Below are positions 38,201-47,466 of a DNA stretch of 64,000 nt, piece after piece. Position 1 is the stretch's first letter. Every line of letters starts with the position of its first letter. Source of the DNA: a virus (lineage: Duplodnaviria > Caudoviricetes); IMG/VR virus record IMGVR_UViG_3300011226_000001, positions 128,001 to 192,000 of that record; one strand, written 5' to 3'. The notes beneath the pieces are model-generated. The model was not told the DNA's origin. It did not search any database and saw only the letters and a list, made by a program, of their open reading frames with translations. The position numbers and the translations under genes are program-made.

Positions 38201-41057
38201 CAAAGCGGTCTTCACTGCTCCGTCTGTTCGCTATGCACGTATCGCTACCGGTACGCTGGTAACTGACCGTGTGCGTGATATCGTTGGTCAGGCTGCACTG
38301 ATGACGCCTGCGATGTTCGGTGACTCACTGGATGTTGCGTATGACGGCGCGAAAGACGATATCGAAATGATTCGTCGTGCGCACTCACGTATGGCAAACC
38401 ATACAGCGTTCATCTCGTTCAAGCGTAAGCATTGGGCGTTCATGCTGCCGAACCCGATTGATACCTTCATTCAGGTTGAGATCGATGACCCGTCAGTTCC
38501 TAACTCTGCTCTGCACCAAGAAGTGTACAACGCAATGTACGCAGAAGTGTTGGAGAAGTTGGATGAAGCTGCTAAAGCTGCGAAGCGTAAAGCTGGTGGC
38601 AGTAGCGACGACGATGACGACGAAGCTGGTGGCGGTGATGGTGATAGCGCTTCTGATATCGACGAAGACGAGATTGAAGAAGGTGATGACCTGGGCGCAC
38701 TGCTGGCCGGTAACGCTGACCTGAACATGTACTTCCAGCGTATGGAGATGATGCTGACTGACCCAATGGGCGATGACGTTGCGCGTATGACGTTTGAAGC
38801 TGCTGGCGTTACGCACTTCACCTCTGCTAAGGTACTGACCATTATCGACCGTATCAAGAAGCACTTCGAAGTGCAGCCTGAACGTGACCCGATGGTGGGG
38901 GAACAACAAATCTTCGAATGGAAGCCAGGCGTAGAGCCGCGCGAACTGGACATTGCTGTCTATAACGGTCAGAAGTATTTGGCACGTAAGCAGTCCGAAG
39001 AGTTCAAGCGTCAAGTGCTGCCTCCTTCAATGACTCCGCCGCCGGATGATCCAGACTACTGGAAACCGGAAGTGCAGGGCAAACTGATTGTCTTCACACG
39101 TTACGTTCGTGCCGCTAACGCCATCTATAATGCACTGCCAGCTAACTATAAGAAAGTGGCTGTTGTGTATCACGGTGAAGTTGGTAAGCTGGGTCAGAAC
39201 AAAGACGCTAACCTCGACGCATTCAAAACTGACAACAACGTTCAGATTCTGATTGCGAACGAACAGGCAATCTCCGAAGGCCACAACATGCAGATGGGTA
39301 GCCGTATTATCCGCTGCGATACTCCGTGGTCACCAGGTACTTACGATCAGTCTACTGCGCGTATCTTCCGTCCTGACGTTGCTGCTGCGAAGTTGGACGA
39401 GAACGGTAAGCCGGGCGACATGGCTCGTGAAGTTGTGTTCATCGACTGGGTTATGACGAACAAGACCTTAGAAGTTGGTAAGGTTGCTCGTCTGATGTGG
39501 AAGACTCTGGAGAAGACGCGCTTCGACGAGAAAGGCAACCAGCGCTACGAAGCACTCGACCAGTACAAACTGGACCCGATCAAAATGAGCGCGAAGCTGC
39601 TGATCGATAACAACACGATGGATGACTTTGCGCCGTACTTCCTTGCGAAGCGCGACCTGAACGAAATCGAGTCACAAGAGTTCCAAGAGATGCGTAAGAC
39701 AACGATTGCCGCAATGCAAGCGCTACCCGCTACTCCGGCTCTGACTGACTTCCGTGTTATGGAGCAGACGCCTCTAGTTGCCAACCAGAAGATCCCTGAT
39801 CGTAATGGCTGGGGCACTGAGCGTATTCTGGACTGGGCACGTAACCGTAACTTCACCAGCGGCGAAGGGCTGAAAGATTCTCTGAATCGTGCACCTGTCG
39901 TGACTGAGTTCGGTAACGGTGTTGTTGTGTCTGTGACTGTTCGTATGGTTGATGGTAAGCTGCGTGGCGATAGCCCAATCAGCACCGTTCGTGTTCGTCT
40001 GGCTGGCAGTGGTGAGACTGTTGCGATTCCTGCGACGAAAGTTCACATCGCTACTAAGGTAGACAAGAACGACCTGAAACGTTTCTTCGAACAGCGTAAG
40101 CCTTGGGCGAACGAGAAAGATCGCAAACGTGCTAACGCCGAAGCGAACCGTGTTGAAGTTGAAGACACCGTTCTCGACGAAACGCAGACTGCCGACACGA
40201 AAGAGACAGAGAAGAAGGTGGAAGCACAAGCGCGTAAAGCTGCTCGTGTTGCCAAGCGTGTTGCGAACAAGGAAGAAGGTAAGCCAATCAACGAAGGTGT
40301 TGAAGAAGCTGCCAAGAAAGTTCGTCGCCGTAAGCCGTCTGATCTGAAAGTGTTGGACAACACTACTCGTCGTGCTAAGCCAGGAACCATCACTGCGGTA
40401 GACGATATGGGTGGCGCTGATATGGCGCTGGAGCTGACGCCTACAGTGTACAACGGATTCGTTGCTCTGTATGCTGACGCGACTGACCCTGATGCGAAAG
40501 CCCTGAAAAGTTTCGACTTCACTGAGTTCGGTGATTACGTCTACTACGACTGTGCGTACTACGATGACTTCGTTGCAATGCTCGACTTCATCGAAGGGAA
40601 ACGACTGTCATTCGACCGCATGTCCGAGAAGCGTCTGGAGTTCATTCAGGACAGCTTCGACGAGACACACGCTCGCATGGGCTTCAACTACAAACTGGCC
40701 GTTAAGTTGCAGTCGCAGTTGCAGCAGTTCTTCCTCGTGCGTCACAAGTCTGCCACTGACAAGAAACACGTCAAGGCATATCCAATGGTGATGGAAGATC
40801 GTCTGCGTATTATGTTTGACCTGAAAACTAACCCGCAGATGAAACGCTTCGTCGGAACGAAAGTGCCTAACACTCGTAAGTTCGGTACGTTCGACCTGTC
40901 ACCGGGTATGTGGATCGGCTTCGTGAAAAACGCTGCTGGTGCGAAAGCTCGAATCAACAAGATTGTGAAAGCTGGCTACACCATCACGAACATCAAGAAA
41001 GCGATTCAGGGTATCGACAAGTTGAAACTGACCGCGTCGAAAAACAAATCAGTCTAA
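35205..41057 (+). CDS. Giant SNF2/SWI2-family ATPase (1950 aa)
   Basis: LLPHQ, APGGGKT, PLIICP, LLDESH, ATGT, LIVFT, EGHNMQ, PWSP..YDQ..ARIFR. Confidence 0.85.
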   Translation: MMNQMISVSATATQQIADTFNQALAIRPLPPEFDAKTSKMYATGKSRRNYEALAVFTASTVARIYAAFDLINYIVVNGAEFEDMLEVAPEDFQKRVKNNIDASTLKINMLLNGDKLSREIKTALAEHLSSSSGAIIENSTRFPGGKDIIMSGTPCPTSPLASNGNFNVLNNQGSDRPRVDNDANFESANLRTYSADIAQQAIRVAKTIYKDIFGVDRTNGNAFDTKMVRIPLDKDWSVYNAALRSIHPSMHNIDIDLFRNLEKPVVDGLGDFMTIGIRSIPGKAMIDRKIQAMKISPDTPVDFNEVALATDVRVEGGLIVNFEKEMVEYISQGADTQTMCLYRWFQGWASYYFRVAGSTRTGITRAARIPRYVTSATSLPELKKLREKFGYAVNDVVADENGMTIMPNGTMAVLPRREDIDLEMVKTYETSLNGVLEDLFEKGIPLSTEHDTLRTNMFAIQNKNLDFDRDIQAKAKSLSRFSDVCIGIDPDFSLIVNTSNGGGLAVNETRTVGMKAPNSLDVADALGYDFAEPGEAPNFRSVSNVIGNIYHNQASGGMALYRPSYDTMIEAAKVESGSGKLVESVSESTIKFNSPEGSNLPELLNIIAQTCQTYEFMLKNKQVPDLKTLVENARKAIGMDAENASLSESPMDKDLYENLIANDFSVPELASERPAMTMLRIMIRVLNDAAGLRGSNLIATSLSEMGSIQAATESLPSHTHYFVMGEKSKLSDMARLNNYFGGALYREMAQSLVRADRKKLFSSLIESEQAPGSGRLQQIILPFATMYSDVIPKSLEIFESAETEIERLKPDSGITIDDIRIPGLKDGAALLPHQVEAHKTLRRRPRFATIFIAPGGGKTIIGLTDIAATIKELDDLGEENIRPLIICPSNLVANWCDDLHKIVNGWNAVPITADTVNTWGEERMYDVISQSPRNTIFIVGLSYLQTGTFNVDIGGVRVRVRGAVEFVNRFKFSYVLLDESHKVKNFSGGQSGSQVHFNTKAVFTAPSVRYARIATGTLVTDRVRDIVGQAALMTPAMFGDSLDVAYDGAKDDIEMIRRAHSRMANHTAFISFKRKHWAFMLPNPIDTFIQVEIDDPSVPNSALHQEVYNAMYAEVLEKLDEAAKAAKRKAGGSSDDDDDEAGGGDGDSASDIDEDEIEEGDDLGALLAGNADLNMYFQRMEMMLTDPMGDDVARMTFEAAGVTHFTSAKVLTIIDRIKKHFEVQPERDPMVGEQQIFEWKPGVEPRELDIAVYNGQKYLARKQSEEFKRQVLPPSMTPPPDDPDYWKPEVQGKLIVFTRYVRAANAIYNALPANYKKVAVVYHGEVGKLGQNKDANLDAFKTDNNVQILIANEQAISEGHNMQMGSRIIRCDTPWSPGTYDQSTARIFRPDVAAAKLDENGKPGDMAREVVFIDWVMTNKTLEVGKVARLMWKTLEKTRFDEKGNQRYEALDQYKLDPIKMSAKLLIDNNTMDDFAPYFLAKRDLNEIESQEFQEMRKTTIAAMQALPATPALTDFRVMEQTPLVANQKIPDRNGWGTERILDWARNRNFTSGEGLKDSLNRAPVVTEFGNGVVVSVTVRMVDGKLRGDSPISTVRVRLAGSGETVAIPATKVHIATKVDKNDLKRFFEQRKPWANEKDRKRANAEANRVEVEDTVLDETQTADTKETEKKVEAQARKAARVAKRVANKEEGKPINEGVEEAAKKVRRRKPSDLKVLDNTTRRAKPGTITAVDDMGGADMALELTPTVYNGFVALYADATDPDAKALKSFDFTEFGDYVYYDCAYYDDFVAMLDFIEGKRLSFDRMSEKRLEFIQDSFDETHARMGFNYKLAVKLQSQLQQFFLVRHKSATDKKHVKAYPMVMEDRLRIMFDLKTNPQMKRFVGTKVPNTRKFGTFDLSPGMWIGFVKNAAGAKARINKIVKAGYTITNIKKAIQGIDKLKLTASKNKSV

Positions 41058-41063
41058 AAGGTA

Positions 41064-41084
41064 AGGGGCTTCGGCCCCTCCTTT
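41064..41084 (+). terminator. Intrinsic terminator
   Basis: AGGGGC-TTCG-GCCCCT CCTTT. Confidence 0.7.
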
Positions 41085-41099
41085 GTTAGAGGATTCACT

Positions 41100-41657
41100 A
41101 TGCTGAATAAATTCTACCAGAAACTCCAGGTCATCATGACTATGCTCGGTCTGTATGACGGAGCTTGCGATGGCGTCTGGGGCCCTAAGTGTATTGAGGC
41201 GAAACGTAAGTGGGAGATGATGGACGAGTTCGAGCCAGCTACTCCTTCAAACGGTCTGCCGTTCAACGGTCGCGGTAAGCTGCCGAAAGGTATGAACTGG
41301 GGTTATAAGACTCTGGACATTATCTGGGACCAGTGGGATCAAGAGAAAGCTGATGCTATCCTGAAAGAGAAGGGTGCGCTGCTGACTACTGATCTGGTTC
41401 ATGCACACGCTGTGGGCGAAGTGGCAGAAGCGCGTAAGGCTGCCGAAGCCGAGCCTGTTGCTACTGTAAACACAGTGTCACAGGAACCAATTGCTGCGTC
41501 TGTACTCAACACTACTCCAGTTCAGGAAGCACAGCCTGAGCCAGAAGTAGAGGACGTCGAGGAAGAGGAAGAAGACGACGCAGACGCGGACGAAATCACG
41601 GAAGAGAACACTTCACCTACTCCAGTTAAGCAGAACAACTGGACCAAGAAACGATAA
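41100..41657 (+). CDS. Protein with N-terminal peptidoglycan-binding-like domain and acidic tail
   Basis: LQ..M..LGLY.GACDGVWGPK matches the PG_binding_1 DGxxG motif. Confidence 0.6.
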   Translation: MLNKFYQKLQVIMTMLGLYDGACDGVWGPKCIEAKRKWEMMDEFEPATPSNGLPFNGRGKLPKGMNWGYKTLDIIWDQWDQEKADAILKEKGALLTTDLVHAHAVGEVAEARKAAEAEPVATVNTVSQEPIAASVLNTTPVQEAQPEPEVEDVEEEEEDDADADEITEENTSPTPVKQNNWTKKR

Positions 41658-41666
41658 GGAACTGCA

Positions 41667-42689
41667 ATGCACGAAATCACTCTCCCATCTGGCGCGATAG
41701 TGTCAGTGTCTGCTGCGAATAAAAAGCAGATCGCCAACGCCGAGATTCTCTTCGGTAAGAACGCGAAACTTATCGTTAAGAAGATTGACGAGCTGGTCAA
41801 GATTAAAGAGCTGGACACCGCAAAGCTGTCTGCCGTGCTTGACCTGCTGAACGACGCCGACGCTACTACGGCCTTCGCCAAGAAAGCTGCTGGTAAGTCT
41901 CTGGTCACTGCGATGAAGAACCTGTATAAGGCTAAGACGCTGGTGGCTACTATCAATGGTCTTCGCGCAATCAAGATGAAGCCTGTCGCTATCCAGCAGA
42001 ACGCTCCTGCTAAGACGACTCGCCCTGTTCGCTCAAACACTGTTGATGCTAACGGTAAGATTGAGCGCAACAAGTGGTATGTTGTCGATCACACGCGTCA
42101 CGCGAACGATATCATCATTAAAGGCCCGTTCAAAACCGAAGCGGAAGCCGAGAAGAATGTTGAGACAGGCAAAAATAAGCGCGTCATCATTCAGGAAGCG
42201 ATGACAGGCCAGAACTGTCTGGACGAAGGTCTGACGTGGACGCAGAACCCTGATCAGAAACAGACTGGCGGCACACCTGGAGCTAAGACAGTTGCTCGTA
42301 ATCAGGTCCGCTCTGAGTCCTATGACAATCTCTACAATGCGCTCATGCGTGGTGGCGACGGCGAGAATGTCAAAGCCCTGTTCAAGCTGATGAAGCTCCC
42401 AGCTCCTAATAAGAGTGTGACTGCTTCTGTTGCCAACATGGGTGGCGATGAAGATTGTATCTTCGTCATGAATGGGACTAAGAAGATTGGCATTGTTCTC
42501 GGTCCGTCAGGCGGGATGGTTGGTGAGATTAAGCAAGCTCGTGGACGTGGCGCATTCACTGTTGCGAAATACAATCCAACTGCTGGTGCTCCGAGCGATC
42601 TGCCTAAATCTGCATTCAAACAGCTGGGCAACTTTACTCTCTACAGCGATGCTTATGCAGCGTTCTACGACGCCGTTAAAGCTCTGTAA
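41667..42689 (+). CDS. Probable internal head protein (…IVSVSAA leader)
   Basis: 340 aa, AAGGA SD, followed by terminator 42699-42723. Confidence 0.7.
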   Translation: MHEITLPSGAIVSVSAANKKQIANAEILFGKNAKLIVKKIDELVKIKELDTAKLSAVLDLLNDADATTAFAKKAAGKSLVTAMKNLYKAKTLVATINGLRAIKMKPVAIQQNAPAKTTRPVRSNTVDANGKIERNKWYVVDHTRHANDIIIKGPFKTEAEAEKNVETGKNKRVIIQEAMTGQNCLDEGLTWTQNPDQKQTGGTPGAKTVARNQVRSESYDNLYNALMRGGDGENVKALFKLMKLPAPNKSVTASVANMGGDEDCIFVMNGTKKIGIVLGPSGGMVGEIKQARGRGAFTVAKYNPTAGAPSDLPKSAFKQLGNFTLYSDAYAAFYDAVKAL

Positions 42690-42784
42690 ATTTAATCCAA
42701 AAGGGTGGCTTCGGCCGCCCTTTCTCGTTTCTAAATCTGTAAATAACAGCCATCAATTTGTGTTATACACTCTGATAGGACTAG

Positions 42785-44653
42785 ATGGTGAAAATCAAGC
42801 ATATAGATTTTGACTTCGATCCACCTGAACAGTTTGCCGACCAGCAGACATACGACGGTGTTCGAATACTAAAAGGCGTAAGTAAAAGCGCTAAAGGCGG
42901 TAAAGCACTACTCGTCCTCGATCACATGCCAACCGAAGACTTGCGTAACGGCAAGATATTCAGTAGCACAGAAGGTGAGTTGTTCCTGAATCAGATGCAG
43001 TATCTCGAAGATACGTTTCCGACCAAGACGACTCTCGACGACTGGAACTTCCTTGTTGTCTCGTACAACATGTTCAAGACGTATGACAAGGGCGAGCAGT
43101 TCAAAGAAGACGCAGACCAAGCGTTTGCGGATCGTATTCGTGATTTGATTGTTGAGTACAAGCCAGACTACGTTCTAACATTTGGTAAGGCGCCATTCAA
43201 AGCGCTTAACGCCGACAAGATTCAGTTCTCGAAAGATCACTACGAGCACTGGTATGGTGTGGAGATTCCGACGAAGCTCAAGCACGATGGTAAGAAGCAC
43301 AGCTTTATCCATCTGCCGAACGTCAGCTATCACACCGTATTGAACCCGATGCACATCGCTGGTTCATCGTATACTCTCGGTTACATGGCACGTTGGATGT
43401 TGCCGTGGTTGAACAAAGGGATGCGCTATAAGATCGACGAAGTTACGTGTGGTAAGAAGCGTAACTGGGACCTCGTGTATGTAACGAAGGTCAAGCAACT
43501 TGAGAAAATCTTGAAGCGTATGAAGCGCGCGAAGAAGGTTGCAGTCGATACCGAAACCGAGAACCTGAATCGTATTAAGAATAAAATCTTGACGGTGCAG
43601 CTATCGGATGACGGTAAGAAAGCGTATGTCATTCCAATCTATCACCGCGACAGTCCGTTCAGCCCGAAAGAGTTGCGTAAGGTACGCGAGTTGTTCAAAG
43701 ATTATTTCGAGGACAACGAGAACAAGTATCAGATCTACACCAACGCGAAGTTCGACCTGAACGTAATGCGCTCTAACTTCGGCATTCGTAGTTATGCGGC
43801 AAACGTTTGGGATATTCAGGCGGGTGAGTTCGCGTTCGATGAAAACGCCAAGTCGTTGTTGAACGTGACAGGCAGTGGTTATTACAACTTGGCGAACCTG
43901 ACAATGCAGTTCGGCTGTCAGGTGTACCATGAAGTGTCGTTCGGTAAAGAGATGCGAGCAACGATTGCAGACGTTGACCTCGATGAATCAGTGCAGGAGT
44001 ATGCTGGCCTCGACGTTATCGTACCGTTCCGCATTGCAGAGAAGCAGATGCTTCGAGCGAACGATATCAAGTATGGTAAGTATGACTCTATGGTGAGTGA
44101 GCAAATCTCTGACCAGATTCATGCGTTCTCGATTCTTGAGACAACAGGTGCTGGCGCTGATATCGACTACCTGTTTAAGCTCAACCTTCCGAACTCTCCG
44201 ATTAACGAGGAGATTCGAAACGTAGAGCGCGAGTTCATGAACAGCCCAGAAGTTAAGGCTGCGAACAAGGTTATTTGCAAAGACGACAATGTTCCTAAGA
44301 TGGGTCTTATGGGCAAAGTCGAAGTGACCAAGTTCGATATGTCGAAAGCAGAGCATAAACAGATTCTGTTCTTTGACGTGATGAAACTCAAGCCACTGAA
44401 AGAGAGCGAGCAATTACGTGAGAACGGTAAGAAGTCGGGCAAACTCGACAAGGACTTCCAGGAGGCGTATAAGGATGTGCCTCTTGTTGCGTTATATACC
44501 AAACTCGGAAAAGCGTACAAGCTCAAGAACGCCTACGTTAACAGCTTGCTCAAGCTCTGGGGAGAATCAGAAGACTTCAAACACGACCGTTCGATTCGAC
44601 CGACGTATGGCTACCTCGGAGTTGTAACTGGACGTACAAGCGCTAGTGATCCT
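42785..44653 (+). CDS. polA: Family A DNA polymerase, exon 1 (UDG-like N-terminal domain, 3'-5' exonuclease, thumb)
   Basis: ExoI VAVDTET, ExoII NAKFDL, ExoIII YAGLD; ends TGRTSASDP; continues in frame with NLQQVPSR at 45875. Confidence 0.9.
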
Positions 44654-45874
44654 AGATTGGGCTTCATGTAGGAAACTGCATGTCGAAAGCTACCTAAACG
44701 GGGAAGAGCCTTACGCAGCGAATGTGTAAGGAGAACCTACCGTGCTAAATGTCGGAAACGACTAAAAGCCTAACGACTATCCCGCGAGGGAGTAGAGTGA
44801 CAAGCAAATGGTCACGCGAAATGGTAGCGTCCTAAGTTCTCATTTGAGTCTGATATGCAAGCGCGTCAGACGAGAGAATAAGTCTATTCAGAATATTTTC
44901 AGAAATACTTCATTTGGGACTTGTTGACGATAATTAAAATGCGTCACTGACAGCAAGTTCCTTTGAGGCGTATATGAAAAAAGTAAAAACGACCGTGAAG
45001 AAGGGCCGTGCTATTGCACTCGTTGCAGAGCAACATCTTTTGCCTAAATATCTGAAACACTATATTGAGGCTTGGGCGGCGAAATTTCTCCATGATCATC
45101 CAAACGTAAGCACTGCTTATTCGCTAACTGACTTCAAGTGTTGGAAGTCCTATAGAGAAAACATCTTTGTCCATAAGACGGGTGTGTTCTTAATCGTCAA
45201 CGACGAAGGCGAAGTGCGCATGACTGTTGGACGCAAACATCCAAAAGGCTATTTGTCTTTATGGCTGCGTGGTCCTTTGGCGCATAGAGTAGTAGCAACT
45301 GTCTGGAAGAAAAACAAACATCCTGATACAAGACCAATTGTAAACCATCTTGACGGAATCAAGACAAATAACTGTATTGATAACCTTGAGTGGTGCAGCA
45401 ACTCGCGTAACATTCTTCATGCCAGAGAGATGGGTTTAAATGTTTATAACAAACCTACATCTGGTCTAAAGATTGGTGGCCAAAAGAAAGGGACTTCAAA
45501 ATACTTTGGAACCTTTTACGATAAAGCCAAATGTATGTGGGTTGCTCAAGTCAGACACAACAATATTGTGCATGGCCGCCGTCGTTTTCGAAAAGAAGAT
45601 GATGCAGCACTTCACTATAACAATGTGTGTGATATTCTTGGTATAACTGAAAAGCCGCGTAATGACTTTCCGAAGCAGAAGATTCGTCGAGTCAGAATAG
45701 GTAAAGCTGTTATACGAATGATTGGTAAAGATGAACATTTGTTTTTCGTTTCTGAATAGCGGACTTGATATAGTCTCTTCCACATCGGTAAACGGTGTGG
45801 TGGTGTGTAAGACGAGGGATGTTGGTACTCGCATCATCAGAACGTGTGTTGCGAACACGTTTTAAGACCACAAA
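44654..45874 (+). mobile_element. Group I intron (IA2-like) in polA carrying a homing endonuclease in P8
   Basis: 5' exon ends in T; IGS AGATTGGG; P2 CATGTAG/CTGCATG; P3 GCTACC/GGTAGC; P7 GACTA(44775)/TAGTC(45771); P7.1 and P7.2 hairpins; P8 GTCC/GGAC; P9 CCACATCG/CGGTGTGG. Confidence 0.9.
44974..45759 (+). CDS. Intron-encoded HNH homing endonuclease with C-terminal AP2 domain
   Basis: AHRVVA..VNHLDGIKTNN..NLEW; SKYFG...WVAQ...EDDAALHYN; AT-rich. Confidence 0.88.
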   Translation: MKKVKTTVKKGRAIALVAEQHLLPKYLKHYIEAWAAKFLHDHPNVSTAYSLTDFKCWKSYRENIFVHKTGVFLIVNDEGEVRMTVGRKHPKGYLSLWLRGPLAHRVVATVWKKNKHPDTRPIVNHLDGIKTNNCIDNLEWCSNSRNILHAREMGLNVYNKPTSGLKIGGQKKGTSKYFGTFYDKAKCMWVAQVRHNNIVHGRRRFRKEDDAALHYNNVCDILGITEKPRNDFPKQKIRRVRIGKAVIRMIGKDEHLFFVSE

Positions 45875-47176
45875 AATCTCCAGCAGGTGCCCTCACGTAG
45901 TGAGATGGGTAAACTGATCAAACGTATTCTGATTGCGCGTAAGAATCGCCTGCTTATCAAGGTCGACTACTCAGCGCACGAAGTTCGTGGTTGGTCAATC
46001 ATCTCCGGTGACCAGGGTGTTGCAGACGTATTCGAACAGGGTCGTGCGTTGCGTCATCGCTATCGTACTGTACCAGACCCGTGGATCTGGCATCGCGTCG
46101 AAGCAGAAGGTGACGTTCACAAAATCAACGCCGCATACTTCTTCGGCATTCCAAACGTAATGGATGTAACCAAGTCCGTGCGTAACGCGGTTAAGACAGT
46201 TATCTTCGGTTTGATTTATCAGCAGGGCGATAAAGGTCTTGCGAAGTCTACAGGCCGTGAAGTGTCTGAGATTGCAGAAATCAAAGCCAAGTTCCTTAAA
46301 CGATTCCCTGTTGGCTTAAAATGGTTCGACAAGATTAAGAAGTTTGCACATGAGAACTTCTTTGTTGAATCGCCTGTTGGTCGTCGTCGTCATCTTTGGG
46401 GCTTGATGCTGCCTGAGTCGCACAAAGAAGCGAACATGGTACATGCTGCGTGTGATCGTCGTGCAGTAAACAGTCCAGTACAGGGCTTCGGTTCTGACTT
46501 GATGATGTCCGCGATTCGTATTCTGGATCGCATGAAGTACGATTACTGGAAAGCGAACGGCGAGTACCCTGACTTTGATATGAACGTATCGGTACACGAC
46601 TCCTTAACCGTTGACTGTGATTACAAGTGGATCTTCCTTGCACTTGATATGATCGAACGCGCTATGACAAGCGCTGTGGTTGAGAAAGTACAGAAGCGTC
46701 ATCCGGGGTTTGAGTTCACGTCCGTGCCTGAGATCGACTTTGAAATTGGTGCGTCTGAAAAAGACGTTGGCGGTTGGGACTTCTCTTATGTTGGTCTGCG
46801 TAAACTTATCCAGAAGGGTCTGGAGATTAAACGCGACGAGCTTAACGAACCTGACCTCGACGTTGAGAAGACAACTGACTCCATCATGGAAGATCAGTAT
46901 CACCTCATGTCTGATTGGATGAAGAAACAACTGTGGGCGAATGGCATTAAGATTCGCAGCATGGATAAAGTTAATCCTCTCACCAACAAAGACAAGAAGA
47001 ACGTCGAAGAATGGCTCAAAGAACTTCCGAAGAACGTTAAGAAGTTCGAAGCATACGAAGCAGAGGAAGCGAAGAAGAAAGCCGCTGCCGCTGCTGGTGG
47101 TGCAAAAGGCCAGAAGAAAATCAAAATCAGCAAGTCCATGCTTAAAATGGCACTTAAGGGGATTGCGAAGAAATGA
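45875..47176 (+). CDS. polA: Family A DNA polymerase, exon 2 (palm/fingers)
   Basis: NLQQVP, motif A DYSAHEVR, motif B RNAVKTVIFGLIY, NSPVQG, motif C VHDS; spliced product about 1056 aa. Confidence 0.9.
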   Translation, partial: NLQQVPSRSEMGKLIKRILIARKNRLLIKVDYSAHEVRGWSIISGDQGVADVFEQGRALRHRYRTVPDPWIWHRVEAEGDVHKINAAYFFGIPNVMDVTKSVRNAVKTVIFGLIYQQGDKGLAKSTGREVSEIAEIKAKFLKRFPVGLKWFDKIKKFAHENFFVESPVGRRRHLWGLMLPESHKEANMVHAACDRRAVNSPVQGFGSDLMMSAIRILDRMKYDYWKANGEYPDFDMNVSVHDSLTVDCDYKWIFLALDMIERAMTSAVVEKVQKRHPGFEFTSVPEIDFEIGASEKDVGGWDFSYVGLRKLIQKGLEIKRDELNEPDLDVEKTTDSIMEDQYHLMSDWMKKQLWANGIKIRSMDKVNPLTNKDKKNVEEWLKELPKNVKKFEAYEAEEAKKKAAAAAGGAKGQKKIKISKSMLKMALKGIAKK

Positions 47177-47466
47177 TGACGGCAGAAGATGTATGTTCGT
47201 TCCTGAACAAGCATCTGGTAGAACGTCCGGCATTCATGGGTGCTGCCTTGCGTACTGCTTGGCAGCTTAACCCAGGCGATGTACCTGATGATATCTACGT
47301 TCACCAGATCGCACCTGACTGTTACAGCGCTGACTTTGTTGGCGTTCTGAATGGCCTGATTGCAGCGTCCGGCAAGCGCCTGAATGCTGTAAATATACAG
47401 GGCACACTACAATTTGTTTTAGAGGATAGAGATGAAGACTTGTCGATTACCGAAGAACCCCGCTAA
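47173..47466 (+). CDS. Hypothetical protein
   Basis: 97 aa, ATGA overlap. Confidence 0.6.
   Translation: MMTAEDVCSFLNKHLVERPAFMGAALRTAWQLNPGDVPDDIYVHQIAPDCYSADFVGVLNGLIAASGKRLNAVNIQGTLQFVLEDRDEDLSITEEPR

Noticed and set aside
44654-45886. polA as a frameshifted pseudogene, two-gene split polymerase or intein
   Set aside because: A complete group I core and in-frame exon joining explain the interruption; the insert contains stops, so it is not an intein
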